64,000 nucleotides of DNA from an uncultured delta proteobacterium (GTDB taxonomy: Bacteria > Myxococcota_A > Polyangia > Fen-1088): NCBI GenBank assembly GCA_963737265.1, contig CAVTRY010000021.1, forward strand, positions 96,001 to 160,000. The letters are read 5' to 3'. The position numbers were made by a program, and so were the translations under genes. The notes beneath the pieces were generated by a model. That model was not told where the DNA came from. It did not search any database and saw nothing but the letters and a program-made list of their open reading frames with translations. Each line of letters opens with the position of its first letter. Within the stretch, counting starts at the first letter, position 1. Below, piece after piece: positions 43,038 to 53,211 of the stretch.

Positions 43038-43080
43038 AGAATCGCACGGCGCCCGCGCAAAGCGGGCGGCCTGGGCAGGG

Positions 43081-43410
43081 CTAGATCTTGCCCGCCAGGT
43101 TGAAGGCGATGAGCAAGCCGTAGATGACGAGCGACTCGATGAGCGCCAGGGCGACGATCATCGGGACGAAGATCTTGCCCGAGGCTTGCGGGTTGCGCGC
43201 GATGCCGTCGAGAGCGGACGCGGCGGCGCGGCCTTGACCCAAACCGCCACCCAGGGCGGCGAGCCCGATAGCGAGTGCGGCGCCGATGCCGATGAGGCCC
43301 TTGGAATTGTCGGCGGCGGGGGCGGCACCCTGGGCGAAGGCAGCGGCGCTCGAAAGAGCCGTGACGACAAAGGCGGCCATAGGAATGAACAACTTGGCTA
43401 CTCGGCGCAT
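43081..43410 (-). CDS. atpE: ATP synthase Fo subunit c
   Basis: GxGxG helix, ARNP loop, LALIESL; N-terminal signal-like extension. Confidence 0.95.
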   Translation of the reverse strand: MRRVAKLFIPMAAFVVTALSSAAAFAQGAAPAADNSKGLIGIGAALAIGLAALGGGLGQGRAAASALDGIARNPQASGKIFVPMIVALALIESLVIYGLLIAFNLAGKI

Positions 43411-43458
43411 CTCAGAATCCTCCTGTACGGGACATGGTGGGTGGGGCGAACCATAAGG

Positions 43459-44229
43459 CTAGTGCTCCTCGTGAGCAATAGCGGTCGAAATGTAAATCGT
43501 CGACAGCAGAGAAAACACGACCGCCTGCACGACTGACACGAACACGCCCATCACAAGGAAGGGCACGGGCACGAGAATGGGAATCAGAGCAAAAAACACC
43601 GCACCGACCTTGTGATCCGCGGTGATGTTGCCAAGAAGACGCATGGAAAGCGACACCGGACGCGCGATGTGGCTGACGATTTCGATGGGAATCATGAGCG
43701 GTGCCAGCCACCACAACGGGCCCATGAAGTGCTTGAAGTACTTGAGGCCGTGTGTGGCAACGCCAAAAACATGGGTCAGGACGAACACCAAGGCTGCCAG
43801 CGCCACGTTGGTCTTGAGCGTCGACGTCGGCGGCAGAAAGCCAGGAATCAGCGACAGCAGATTGCTGAACAGAATGAAGAGAAAAAGCGAGCCGATGAGC
43901 GGAAGGTACTTGCGCGTCGCCTTGGCCCCCATGGGACCTTCCATGAGCCCGAAGATCATGTCGCCGAAAATCTCAAGCAGGTTGCGCAGGCAGAATCGTG
44001 GTGGCGGGACCGCGCCACCGTCGGACGAAAGGCGGATGCTCATGGCGTAGCGCAAGGCGAAGAGCGTGAGCAACAAGAACACCAGCAGACCGCCCAGGAT
44101 GTGGTCGATCTCGAAGTGCGTGGCCTGGAAGACCTGCCACGTCCACCTGCGGCCGAAATAGATTTCAAGGTTTTCGCGCAGGGTTTCGTAACCACGAAAC
44201 AGGCTGAACCACGTCGAGTGCGGACCCAT
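43459..44229 (-). CDS. atpB: ATP synthase Fo subunit a
   Basis: SNLL.LIPG, PIE.VS...RPVSLSMRL.GNI, QA.VF..L...YI. Confidence 0.95.
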   Translation of the reverse strand: MGPHSTWFSLFRGYETLRENLEIYFGRRWTWQVFQATHFEIDHILGGLLVFLLLTLFALRYAMSIRLSSDGGAVPPPRFCLRNLLEIFGDMIFGLMEGPMGAKATRKYLPLIGSLFLFILFSNLLSLIPGFLPPTSTLKTNVALAALVFVLTHVFGVATHGLKYFKHFMGPLWWLAPLMIPIEIVSHIARPVSLSMRLLGNITADHKVGAVFFALIPILVPVPFLVMGVFVSVVQAVVFSLLSTIYISTAIAHEEH

Positions 44230-44232
44230 GAG

Positions 44233-44622
44233 CTAGGCTCTCCTCTGCTCGCCGGCGGCGGAGCCCATCCACAGGCCGGCGAAAACGAGCGAGATCGGCA
44301 GGACCGATATTCCAATGGCGAATGGCACGAGGGCCAGATTGTAGACACGTATCGCCGCCCATACCAGCGCGAAGAGCACGATCATTTTGGCGCCCAGGGC
44401 CGCAATCAGCCAGGACGCCTGGGTGGTGTCCCCCGCCGCGGCCCGCGCCACGGCCCGCGCGGCCAGACGGCGCAGCACCCAGAGATTGATGCACGCGAGC
44501 ACAGACCCGACGCCCACGCCCACGGCACCCGACTTGCCCCAAACAAAACCGCCAAGCGTGGTCAGGACGACCGCCATGATCAGGTTGGCAAGATCCATGG
44601 CGCCGAAGCTTTTGCTGCTCAT
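44233..44622 (-). CDS. atpI: ATP synthase protein I
   Basis: Four-TM protein directly upstream of atpB, ATGA-coupled to the atpZ-like gene. Confidence 0.75.
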   Translation of the reverse strand: MSSKSFGAMDLANLIMAVVLTTLGGFVWGKSGAVGVGVGSVLACINLWVLRRLAARAVARAAAGDTTQASWLIAALGAKMIVLFALVWAAIRVYNLALVPFAIGISVLPISLVFAGLWMGSAAGEQRRA

Positions 44623-44873
44623 TTCTGGTCCGGTCTGTCTTTCTCGTCGGCTTCGATACTCTTCTGGTAGCTGCGAACCACTCGAATCAACGCCTTGATG
44701 CCAGCCCCCACCCCTGCCGCGAACCCCACCCACATGAGCCAGGGAGCCACACCGAGTTTGCGATCCAGGTACTGTCCGCCAAGGTAACCTATGCCAATGG
44801 CCACCGAGATTTCAAGACCAACCGCACCCGTCGACGCGGCAATCGACCACATCTTCTTGGCTTCGGGATCCAT
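44619..44873 (-). CDS. AtpZ/AtpI-family protein
   Basis: G.YLD..LG..PW...G...G...G motif; head of the atp Fo operon. Confidence 0.8.
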   Translation of the reverse strand: MDPEAKKMWSIAASTGAVGLEISVAIGIGYLGGQYLDRKLGVAPWLMWVGFAAGVGAGIKALIRVVRSYQKSIEADEKDRPDQK

Positions 44874-44920
44874 GGCGCGGCAAACCCAGCAAATGAGTGC
44901 GGAAAAGGACGTTTCTCGCG

Positions 44921-45478
44921 CTAGAAGCGGCTGCTTACCGCCAGGAACGTCATCTTGTCGTTGGTTTCGCGCAAACGAGCCGAAAGGGTCCGAACGAAGC
45001 TCCACAGCAGGTCGTAGGCGAGGTCGCGGTCGACGAACAAAAGATCCGCGACGCTCTCCTTGGTCAGCACCAGCAGCTTGCAGCTTTCGTGGGCGATGGC
45101 GTCGGCGCTGCGGGGAAAATCATCGATGAGCGCCATCTCGCCGAAGTAGTCGCCCGCCTTCAGGATGGCCAACGCTTCCTCGCCCATGCCGGGAACTTGC
45201 CGGCTGATGCGCACCGAGCCCGACAGGATGACGTACAGTTTCTCGCCCGGAGTGCCCTCGGCGAACACCGGCGCACCACGCGGGTAGGTTTCCTCGACGC
45301 CAAGGCTGGCGATGCGCCGCAAGTACACCGCGGGCAAATCGGCGAAGAGGCTAACCTTGGTGAGACAACTCGCGATCTGATCGTGGTTGGCCGCCGAAAC
45401 GACAAGCTCGGCCGCCGGAGTGATGTCCACAACGATGTCAGGCTCGTCGGTCGGATCTGCGTGCGAGCTCTCTCTCAT
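44921..45478 (-). CDS. Cyclic nucleotide-binding domain protein
   Basis: F.EG.PG..LYVILSG.V, FGEMAL.D..PRSA.A.A. Confidence 0.88.
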   Translation of the reverse strand: MRESSHADPTDEPDIVVDITPAAELVVSAANHDQIASCLTKVSLFADLPAVYLRRIASLGVEETYPRGAPVFAEGTPGEKLYVILSGSVRISRQVPGMGEEALAILKAGDYFGEMALIDDFPRSADAIAHESCKLLVLTKESVADLLFVDRDLAYDLLWSFVRTLSARLRETNDKMTFLAVSSRF

Positions 45479-45580
45479 CGCAGAGGATTATGCTACCGCG
45501 CGGAGCAGACTACCAGACCGGAAAACCCGCGACCGGAAGCTGGTAGCCGGTCAAGACGTGTCTATCCATCGCGGGACCGA

Positions 45581-45700
45581 GCCCCGGCCGAGCGAGCAAG
45601 CCCGCCCGCGAGGCGCAACGAGCGCGCATGGCCCGCGCTATGTAAGCGAGGAGAAACGAAGCGGGCGGGCTGCGCAGCAGCCGAACGGGCGACGGGAGCG
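45581..45700. repeat. REP-like palindromic intergenic element
   Basis: GCCCGCCCGC (45600-45609) inverted to GCGGGCGGGC (45661-45670) around an inner GCGCGCAT..GCGCTATG segment; single copy in this window. Confidence 0.4.
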
Positions 45701-45716
45701 ATTGATGGACACGTCT

Positions 45717-46676
45717 TCAGTGCGCAAGAAATCGTTCCGTGTCGATGGCGGCCATGCACCCGGTGCCGGCGGCGGTCACGGCTTGACGGTACACGTGGTC
45801 GGCAACGTCGCCGCACGCGAAAACGCCGACGATGTTGGTGGCGGTCGAACCGGGCTTGGTCTGGATATATCCGGTCGCATCCATGTCCAGCTTGCCTTTG
45901 AAAAGATCGCTGTTCGGGGTGTGGCCGATGGCGACGAAAATCCCCTTGCACGACAGATCGCGCGCGCTTCCGTCGCGCGTATCGCGCAAGCGCACCCCGG
46001 TCACGCCCGGCTTGGGCAGATCGCCCAAAATTTCGTCGACCACGGCGTTGGTCACGAAGTCGATCTTGGGATTCCTGCGCGCGCGTTCGAGCATGGCGCG
46101 CGAGGCGCGGAATTCATCGCGCCTGTGCACCAAGGTCACCTTGGTGGCGAGGTTGGTCAGGTACGTCGCCTCTTCCATGGCCGTGTCACCGCCGCCCACC
46201 ACGACCAGATCCAGACCCTTGAAAAAGGAGCCGTCGCAGGTCGCGCACGCCGACAACCCGTGGTTGCGGAATTTCTCTTCCGAGGGAATGTCCAGCCACT
46301 TGGCCGAGGCGCCGGTCGCCACAATGACAGCTTCCGCCAAGAACTCCCCATCGCCTGACGAGATCCCGAATGGCCGCACCGAAACATCCACACTCGTGAC
46401 GTCCGTCGTCACGATGCGTGCGCCGCTGTGTCCAGCCTGCGCACGTATCAGCTCCATCAACTTCGGACCTTGAATTCCGCCGGGAAAACCAGGAAAATTC
46501 TCGACCTCGGTGGTGATGGTGAGCTGGCCGCCCGGCGCCGTGATGGGTTCGACGAGCAAGCCGCCACCTTCAAACATCACCGGCGCGAGGTTGGCTCTGC
46601 CGGCATAGATGGCGGCGGTACAGCCCGCGGGCCCACCGCCGATGATTGCGACTTTGATGTGTTCCGGTCCGGGCAT
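45717..46676 (-). CDS. trxB: Thioredoxin reductase
   Basis: [43 protein letters not shown]. Confidence 0.96.
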   Translation of the reverse strand: MPGPEHIKVAIIGGGPAGCTAAIYAGRANLAPVMFEGGGLLVEPITAPGGQLTITTEVENFPGFPGGIQGPKLMELIRAQAGHSGARIVTTDVTSVDVSVRPFGISSGDGEFLAEAVIVATGASAKWLDIPSEEKFRNHGLSACATCDGSFFKGLDLVVVGGGDTAMEEATYLTNLATKVTLVHRRDEFRASRAMLERARRNPKIDFVTNAVVDEILGDLPKPGVTGVRLRDTRDGSARDLSCKGIFVAIGHTPNSDLFKGKLDMDATGYIQTKPGSTATNIVGVFACGDVADHVYRQAVTAAGTGCMAAIDTERFLAH

Positions 46677-46757
46677 TCCGTTCTCCTCTTGAACGCGCAA
46701 ACCTAGCGCATGCCAGCCGGATAACAAAGCCCGGCGCAAGCTCGAAGCGCGGCAAGC

Positions 46758-47051
46758 TTGACGTCGGCGCGGTGCTCGTATCTTCTACCGGCCAAATCCC
46801 ATCTCGATTCACTCGTGACGCCCTCCACATCACAACGCGGCTCCCGCATTCTCGGTTCGTTGGCCTGCCTGGCGCTCGCGTGCACGTTTCTGGCGGCCGA
46901 GATCGATTTCGCTCGCCGCCATCACGTCGGGATCGCGCCCGAGAAATACTGGTTGCCCCAGTTGTCCCGGATCTGGCTGCCCGGCCTCGGACTTGCGCTG
47001 GTGCTCGGCGCGTTTGCCTTCGTACTTCACAGGCGAGGCGGGCGCGCATAG
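46758..47051 (+). CDS. Small hypothetical membrane protein
   Basis: Two hydrophobic segments; fills the gap before the ArnT-like gene; start uncertain. Confidence 0.35.
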   Translation: MTSARCSYLLPAKSHLDSLVTPSTSQRGSRILGSLACLALACTFLAAEIDFARRHHVGIAPEKYWLPQLSRIWLPGLGLALVLGAFAFVLHRRGGRA

Positions 47052-47080
47052 CATGCCGAGGTTTCCACCGAGCTTGTCGC

Positions 47081-49240
47081 ATGAACCCCACAACTACCAA
47101 TCCTAGCGAACACAACCCGGCGAATGGCTCGGCGATTCCGGCCCCTAGCGCGACCCGCGGGGTCTGGTTTTGCGCGGGAGGTTCCTTCTTCGATCGCTTC
47201 ACCGAACGGCACATGGTCATCTTCATCCTGCTGTTCGGGGTCCTGCTCTACATTCCCTTCGCCGGCAGCTACGGCTTGCTCGATCCCTGGGAAACCCACT
47301 ACGGCGAAGTCGGCCGCCAGATGGCGACCCGCAACGACTTCATCAGCCTATTCTGGCCGGGTTCGCCGCTCGACACCGAAAACTTCTGGTCGAAGCCAGT
47401 GCTGACCTTCTGGATCATGTCCCTTTCGATGAAGGTCTTCGGCCTCGGCAGCGCGGGCTTGGCCGCTGGCACGTTCGCACAATCGAGCCGCATCGAATGG
47501 GCCATGCGCGTGCCCTTCTGCCTGATGTCGTTACTGGCGCTCCTCGGCGTGTACCTGCCGGTTTCACGTTTCGTCAGCCGCCGCGCGGGCGTGTTGTCCG
47601 TGCTGGCCCTGGCCACCTTTCCGCTCTTTAGCCTGATCGCCCGCCAGGCGATCACCGATATGGCGTTCGTCGGCCCCATGAGCCTAGGTCTCGGCTTGTG
47701 CGCCCTCGCGCTATTCGACGACAAGGACGAAGAGCTGCCGCGGCGGCGTTGGGGCCGGCTGTCGTGGCCGCATCATCCCATCTATTACACGACCGTCGGA
47801 CTGCTGGCGCTCACCGCGCTGCCGCAGATCATCGTCGATTCGCTGCAGCTGCGCTGGCCTCTGCCCACCCGGCCGGTGATCACGTTACCCGGCGCGGTGG
47901 CGATGTTGCCGTACGTCTTGGGTCTTGTCGCTTTCCTCTGGCTGACCGCACGAACGAAGTACAAAGCGCCCTTCTATCTGCACATCGCCGCCATTCTGTG
48001 CGGCATCGCCATGCTGGCCAAGGGGCTGGCCGGACTAGGCTTGCCGGTCATCGTATTTTTGGCCTACCTGCTTTTCACCTGGAACTGGAAACGCCTGGCT
48101 CGCGCGGAGATTTTGCGCGCCTTGCCGCTCGCCATCCTCGCCTGCGCGCTGGTGGCGGTGCCCTGGCACCATGCCATGCTGGTCCGCCACGGTATCCCGT
48201 TCTGGAACGAGCTTTACGGCGACAACCACTGGCGGCGCCTGGTGACCGGGCGCCACGGCGACCGCGGCGGCTTCGAGTATTTCATCCGCGAGATGGGCTA
48301 CGGCTTATTTCCATGGATAGAGCTTGCCCCATCCGCCCTGGCGTGGGTGGTGATGCGCTGTCTCGACCGGCCGGCCACGAACGGCGACGCGACAAGGGCA
48401 GCCGCGGCGGCGGCCAAACGTCGCGACATTCTCTGGTTCGGCGCGATTTGGTTCGTGTCGGGCTACGCTCTCGTCTCGTTCTCCATGACCAAGTTCCACC
48501 ATTACATTTTGCCCGCGCTGCCGGGGCTTGCCGTGGCCATGGGCTGCTTTCTCGACGACGTTCTCACCGAGCGGCGCGGACGGCTCATCCTGCTCGCGGT
48601 TATGGCGGGAGCGCCGCTGCTTGGGCTGGTCACCTTCGACCTCACCTCGGCGCAGAAGAGCGCACAGCACTTCATCTGGCTCTTCTCGTATGACTACATC
48701 AATACGCCGCAGGGCCGCCCCTGGCCGCCGGACATGAACTACATCAAGATCCTTTGGGCGTTTGCCGGCGCCTTCACCGTCGCAACTCTGCTCATGGCGT
48801 GGCAACGGGTTCGAACCTACGCTCTCCTAGCCACGGTTGGCGTCGCGCTCGCATTCACCGGTTTTGTCCTCGACGTTTACATGCGCCAGGCGGCAGCCCA
48901 CTGGTCACAAAAGCCTCTCATCGCCCAGTACTACAAGGAGCGTCGGTCGCCGGACGAGCGCCTGCTGGCGTGGCAGATGTATTGGCGGGGCGAGAATTTC
49001 TACACCCAAAACGAAATCTACCAAGGCCCGATGAGCGACCGTACGGTCTTCTTGGGCGACAAGAACGCCGAGAACTTGAAGGAATACCTGGGACGCCATC
49101 ACGGCACGCGCATGTTCTTTCTCATCGAGCGCACGCGACTCGACGGCTTGCGCGGACTTCTGCCCGAAAGCGCCCGTCCCAGCCTGAAGGTCATCAACGA
49201 CGACAACAACAAGTTCTACCTGCTCACAGCGAATATTTGA
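47081..49240 (+). CDS. ArnT/GT39-like integral membrane glycosyltransferase
   Basis: DPWETHYGEV.R.M, SKPVL.FW, LAKG, TKFHHYILPA; many TM helices. Confidence 0.85.
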   Translation: MNPTTTNPSEHNPANGSAIPAPSATRGVWFCAGGSFFDRFTERHMVIFILLFGVLLYIPFAGSYGLLDPWETHYGEVGRQMATRNDFISLFWPGSPLDTENFWSKPVLTFWIMSLSMKVFGLGSAGLAAGTFAQSSRIEWAMRVPFCLMSLLALLGVYLPVSRFVSRRAGVLSVLALATFPLFSLIARQAITDMAFVGPMSLGLGLCALALFDDKDEELPRRRWGRLSWPHHPIYYTTVGLLALTALPQIIVDSLQLRWPLPTRPVITLPGAVAMLPYVLGLVAFLWLTARTKYKAPFYLHIAAILCGIAMLAKGLAGLGLPVIVFLAYLLFTWNWKRLARAEILRALPLAILACALVAVPWHHAMLVRHGIPFWNELYGDNHWRRLVTGRHGDRGGFEYFIREMGYGLFPWIELAPSALAWVVMRCLDRPATNGDATRAAAAAAKRRDILWFGAIWFVSGYALVSFSMTKFHHYILPALPGLAVAMGCFLDDVLTERRGRLILLAVMAGAPLLGLVTFDLTSAQKSAQHFIWLFSYDYINTPQGRPWPPDMNYIKILWAFAGAFTVATLLMAWQRVRTYALLATVGVALAFTGFVLDVYMRQAAAHWSQKPLIAQYYKERRSPDERLLAWQMYWRGENFYTQNEIYQGPMSDRTVFLGDKNAENLKEYLGRHHGTRMFFLIERTRLDGLRGLLPESARPSLKVINDDNNKFYLLTANI

Positions 49241-49268
49241 GCAACCGACCATCGCCATGCGTCATCCG

Positions 49269-49297
49269 TTGACAGGTGTGGGTGCGGGTGGCAATAT
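49269..49297 (+). promoter_or_regulatory. Sigma70 promoter of the prs operon
   Basis: TTGACA-17 nt-CAATAT. Confidence 0.65.
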
Positions 49298-49342
49298 TCG
49301 CGCCCTCTTGACGGGGAGGGCTTCCCGCCAGGTGGAGGAACA

Positions 49343-50284
49343 TTGACCAAGCCATTCGCCATATTCAGCGGTAACGCCAATCTCGCCCTCGCGCAGTCCC
49401 TTTGCGAACACTTGGGACAGCCCTTGGGCAGCGCGAAGGTGGAACGGTTCGCCGACGGTGAGGTGTACGTCGAGATCAACCAAAACGTGCGCGGCGTGAA
49501 CTGCTTCGTGGTGCAACCGACGTGCACGCCGGTCAACGACAACCTGATGGAACTGCTGGTCATGACCGACGCTCTTAAGCGCTCGTCGGCCAATCCCATC
49601 GTGGCGGTCATTCCCTACTTCGGCTACGCGCGCCAGGACCGCAAGACCCGCCCACGCACGCCGATTTCCGCCCGCTTGGCCGCCGATCTCATCACCACGG
49701 CCGGCGTCCATCGCGTCATGGCCATGGATCTCCACGCTGGCCAAATTCAGGGCTTCTTCAACATCCCGGTCGATCATATCTACGCCATGCCGGTCATGAT
49801 GGACTACATGCGCGGCAAGTTCACCAGTGACGCGGTTATCGTCTCGCCCGACGCTGGCGGCGTGGAACGGGCGCGCGCCTTCTCCAAGCGACTCGATGCC
49901 GGCCTGGCCATCATCGACAAGCGCCGGCCCGCCCCCAATGTCGCCGAGCTGGTGAACATCATCGGCGACGTGAAGGGCCGCGACGCCATCATTATTGATG
50001 ATATGGTCGACACTGCTGGAACCTTGTGCGCGGCGGCCAAGGGACTCGCCGAGCGCGGTGCGCGCGCGGTCTACGCGTGCATTACCCACGGCCTTCTCTC
50101 CGGCCCAGCCCTCGAACGCATTCACGCCAGCACCATCAAGGAACTGATCATCACCGATTCCATCCCGCCTCGCCCCGAGGTCAAAGCTTCACCCAAGGTG
50201 CGCGTCCTCTCCGTGGCGCGCCTGCTCAGTGAGGCCGTCAAACGAATTCACATGGGGGACTCGCTAAGTTCCCTCTTCATCTGA
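49343..50284 (+). CDS. prs: Ribose-phosphate pyrophosphokinase
   Basis: [43 protein letters not shown]; TTG start with GGAGGA RBS. Confidence 0.96.
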   Translation: MTKPFAIFSGNANLALAQSLCEHLGQPLGSAKVERFADGEVYVEINQNVRGVNCFVVQPTCTPVNDNLMELLVMTDALKRSSANPIVAVIPYFGYARQDRKTRPRTPISARLAADLITTAGVHRVMAMDLHAGQIQGFFNIPVDHIYAMPVMMDYMRGKFTSDAVIVSPDAGGVERARAFSKRLDAGLAIIDKRRPAPNVAELVNIIGDVKGRDAIIIDDMVDTAGTLCAAAKGLAERGARAVYACITHGLLSGPALERIHASTIKELIITDSIPPRPEVKASPKVRVLSVARLLSEAVKRIHMGDSLSSLFI

Positions 50285-50315
50285 TAGAGATCCGCACGCA
50301 GCAAAGGACGACATT

Positions 50316-51089
50316 ATGGACTTCGCCAAGGTTTCCGTTGAAATTCGCAGCCAATCGGGCAAAGGCCCGGCCCGCCGTTCGCGCGCCAGCGGCAAATTGC
50401 CCGCCGTGCTCTACGGCCACAAGGTCGACCCGCTGGCCCTGGTGCTAGATCCCGTCGAGCTGTCCCACGCCCTCGACAAGGAGCGCAAGCGCAACACCGT
50501 GTTCACGCTTCAGGTGAAGAACGCCGCCAAGCCCGAGGACGTGACGGCCATGATTCGCGACGTCCAGATCGATCCGATCTCGCGCCGCCCCGTGCACGTC
50601 GACTTCATTCGTGTCAGCATGGAAGAGGAAGTCAAGGTGACCGTACCCCTGGTGCTTACCGGCATTCCCGTCGGTGTCACCAATGGTGGCAACCTGCACC
50701 TCAGCCACCACACCCTGCCCATTGCCGCCCGGCCCGACGCCATTCCGACCAAGATCGAGCTGGACGTGACGGCGCTTGAAATCGGCGACGCCCTCCACGC
50801 CAGCGACCTCAAGTTGCCGGCTGGTGTGCGCACCACCTTGGGCGCCAAGGAATCGATTGCTTCCGTCGTTGCACCTCACGTCGAGAAGGTCGAGGTCGAG
50901 GCCGCCGCTGTGGTCGTCGAGGGCGCGGTTCCGGCCGAAGGTGCCGCCGCCGCCGCTGGCGAAAAAGGCGCCGCAGCAGCCCCCGGGGCAGCCGGCGCGG
51001 CAGGTGCCAAGGGTGCCGCACCTGCGGCCGCCGGTGCCAAGGGCGCGCCCGCCGCGGGTGGAAAAAAAGACGACAAGAAGGGCAAGTAA
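50316..51089 (+). CDS. rplY: 50S ribosomal protein L25 (Ctc form)
   Basis: GKG.ARR.R..G.LPAVLYG, HVDF; Ala/Gly-rich tail. Confidence 0.95.
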   Translation: MDFAKVSVEIRSQSGKGPARRSRASGKLPAVLYGHKVDPLALVLDPVELSHALDKERKRNTVFTLQVKNAAKPEDVTAMIRDVQIDPISRRPVHVDFIRVSMEEEVKVTVPLVLTGIPVGVTNGGNLHLSHHTLPIAARPDAIPTKIELDVTALEIGDALHASDLKLPAGVRTTLGAKESIASVVAPHVEKVEVEAAAVVVEGAVPAEGAAAAAGEKGAAAAPGAAGAAGAKGAAPAAAGAKGAPAAGGKKDDKKGK

Positions 51090-51131
51090 GCAAGGAACCT
51101 GCCCGGGTTTGCCAAGCCTTCATTTTGAGCA

Positions 51132-51716
51132 ATGTGGTTGGTCGTGGGGCTCGGCAATCCCGGCCGGCGGTACGCCGGCAACCGGCACAACGCCGGGTTC
51201 ATGGTGGTGGCCGAGCTCATGCAGCGGGCCGGCGCCGAGACGCCGCGCTCGCGCATGGGCGCCGAGCTCGCCGAAGCAAGCCTCGGTGGCGCGAAGGTGA
51301 TTTTCTGCAGGCCCATGGAATTCATGAACACGAGCGGATTTGCCGTCAGCCGAGCGGCGGCTTACTGGAAGGTGCCACCCGCGCAAACCGTGGTGGTTCA
51401 CGACGATATGGACTTGGACTTCGGTCGGGTGAAACTGGTCGAGGGCGGCGGCAGCGGGGGCCACAACGGCCTGCGCTCCATCGCCACCGCTTGGGGTACC
51501 GAGGCGTTTTGCCGCGTGCGTTTCGGCGTCGGGCGCCCGCCCGAGGGCTGGGACGGGGCCGACTACGTGCTGGCGGATTTTTCGACGCGAGAGCGGCAAA
51601 CGCTGCCAAATCTGATAAAAGGAGCCGCCGATGCCACGCAAGCCATCGTCAAAGACGGTTTGGTGGTGGCGATGAATCGATTCAATAGACGCAAGAAGAT
51701 CGAAAGCGCCGAATAG
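51132..51716 (+). CDS. pth: Peptidyl-tRNA hydrolase
   Basis: VGLGNPG..Y...RHN.GF, FMN.SG, HDD.DL, GGHNGLRS. Confidence 0.96.
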   Translation: MWLVVGLGNPGRRYAGNRHNAGFMVVAELMQRAGAETPRSRMGAELAEASLGGAKVIFCRPMEFMNTSGFAVSRAAAYWKVPPAQTVVVHDDMDLDFGRVKLVEGGGSGGHNGLRSIATAWGTEAFCRVRFGVGRPPEGWDGADYVLADFSTRERQTLPNLIKGAADATQAIVKDGLVVAMNRFNRRKKIESAE

Positions 51717-51743
51717 TAGGCTCTTTCACGCCCTCCTTGCACC

Positions 51744-51796
51744 CACTCCTTGCTCGCGGAATTTTTCCGCGGGACGTAGGCCCAAAGGGAGACACC
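51744..51796 (+). promoter_or_regulatory. S6:S18 (rpsF) ribosomal leader RNA
   Basis: CTCCTT pairs with AAGGGAG (RBS), inner GCGGAA/TTCCGC stem and CCC internal loop directly before rpsF. Confidence 0.65.
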
Positions 51797-52327
51797 ATGG
51801 CAGAGAAACGAACAGGATCGTGTCGGGACATTCCCGGCAGAACGCGCGAGTACGAAACCATCTTCATTCTGAAACCCGATGTCACCAACGACGTCATCGG
51901 CCAGGTCAACACCAAGATTCGCCACGTAGTCGAAGCGGGCGGTGGCCAGTTGCTCAAGGTTGAAAACTGGGGCCGCCGCAAGTTGGCCTATGAAGTGAAG
52001 AAACAGCTCAAGGGCGTCTACGTCTTCTTCAACTATCTCGGCAACGCCGGTCTGGTGGAAGAGGTCGAGCGCAACTTGCACCTCACCGACACGGTGATTC
52101 GATTCTACTCGGTGAAGGCCGCCGAGAACGTGGATGCGGCGACCAAGACCTCCGCCGTCACCGACGAGACCTTCGCCAACGCGTCGATTCCCGGACCCGA
52201 CGAGGAAGCCATCGCCACCGGCCAGGCCGGCTCGCGACCGTTCGGCGACGAGGAAGAAGAAGGCGCATTCGATTTCGAGGAAGCAGTATTCGGAAAGGTC
52301 GACGAACCGATCCGGAGAGGAAGCTGA
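51797..52327 (+). CDS. rpsF: 30S ribosomal protein S6
   Basis: REYETIFILKPD, WG.RKLAYE, acidic tail. Confidence 0.95.
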   Translation: MAEKRTGSCRDIPGRTREYETIFILKPDVTNDVIGQVNTKIRHVVEAGGGQLLKVENWGRRKLAYEVKKQLKGVYVFFNYLGNAGLVEEVERNLHLTDTVIRFYSVKAAENVDAATKTSAVTDETFANASIPGPDEEAIATGQAGSRPFGDEEEEGAFDFEEAVFGKVDEPIRRGS

Positions 52328-52330
52328 GCC

Positions 52331-52603
52331 ATGGCACGACCAGAAGAAAAAGACGCGGATCTCGAACAAGATTCCGGCAAGAAACGAACCTCGCGCCGAC
52401 GACCCTGCAAGTTCTGCACGGACGAGACCATCATCATCGACTACAAGAACGCTGGACTGCTCAAGTACTTCATTACCGATCGCGGTAAGCTCGTTCCACG
52501 TCGACTGACGGGCAACTGCGCCAAGCACCAACGTTCCATCGCCCGCGCGGTTGCACGCGCGCGCATGATCGCCCTCATGCCCTTCGCCGTGACGGGCAAG
52601 TAG
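52331..52603 (+). CDS. rpsR: 30S ribosomal protein S18 (Zn-binding form)
   Basis: CKFC...IDYK...RGK.VPRR.TG.CAKHQR. Confidence 0.96.
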   Translation: MARPEEKDADLEQDSGKKRTSRRRPCKFCTDETIIIDYKNAGLLKYFITDRGKLVPRRLTGNCAKHQRSIARAVARARMIALMPFAVTGK

Positions 52604-52622
52604 CCGGGAAAAGGAGAAAACC

Positions 52623-53072
52623 ATGCGGGTCATCCTGAGAGAAAACCTGGACAACCTGGGCAAGGCCGGCGAGGTCGTGACCGTGCGCTCGGGTTATGGT
52701 CGCAACTACCTTCTGCCAGCCGGCCTGGCCGTCCCAGCCACCGAAAAGGACGAGGCGCGCTTGCAGCACGAGCAGCGAGTTATCGCGGCGCGCATCACAA
52801 AGCTGGGCAAGGAGCTACAATCCGAAGCTGACCGCCTGTCGCAGGCGTCGGTCTCGCTGGCGCGCGCCGTGGGCGAGGAAGACAAGCTCTACGGCTCGGT
52901 CAACAACCGCGACATCGCCGAGGCTCTGGCCGAACAGGGAATTAAGCTAGATGCCAAGAAGATCCAGCTCGACGAGCCCATCAAGGCACTCGGCATGACG
53001 GAGGTGCCCGTCAAGCTCGGGCACGACGTCACCGCCAAGATCAAGGTGTGGGTCGTCAAGAAAGAGGCCTAG
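52623..53072 (+). CDS. rplI: 50S ribosomal protein L9
   Basis: LG..G.VV.V..GYGRNYLLP, KLYGSV, PIK.LG. Confidence 0.96.
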   Translation: MRVILRENLDNLGKAGEVVTVRSGYGRNYLLPAGLAVPATEKDEARLQHEQRVIAARITKLGKELQSEADRLSQASVSLARAVGEEDKLYGSVNNRDIAEALAEQGIKLDAKKIQLDEPIKALGMTEVPVKLGHDVTAKIKVWVVKKEA

Positions 53073-53099
53073 AAAGACGCCTAGAAAGACGCCTAGAAA
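53067..53099 (+). repeat. 12-bp tandem repeat GCCTAGAAAGAC (~3 units) over the rplI stop
   Basis: Seen directly at 53067, 53079 and 53091. Confidence 0.8.
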
Positions 53100-53158
53100 C
53101 AGGCTCAACCGAAGGCCAGGAAAGTGGGCTGCGCAAGCGGCCCAAAATAAAGCGGCTC

Positions 53159-53190
53159 GCGGCTCAACGTCGTTGAGCCGCTTTGCTTTT
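53159..53190 (+). terminator. Intrinsic terminator after rplI
   Basis: GCGGCTCAAC/GTTGAGCCGC stem followed by TTTGCTTTT. Confidence 0.7.
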
Positions 53191-53211
53191 CTGGCGTTAC
53201 ACTAGCGGCCC

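Noticed and set aside
49241-49342. tRNA upstream of prs, and SRP RNA upstream of dnaX
   Set aside because: No cloverleaf/T-loop (GTTCGA) or SRP core motif recognised in either gap.
53067-53099. 12-bp tandem repeat as iterons or an origin near dnaB
   Set aside because: It duplicates the rplI stop region, most simply by slippage; no DnaA boxes or AT-rich unwinding element.
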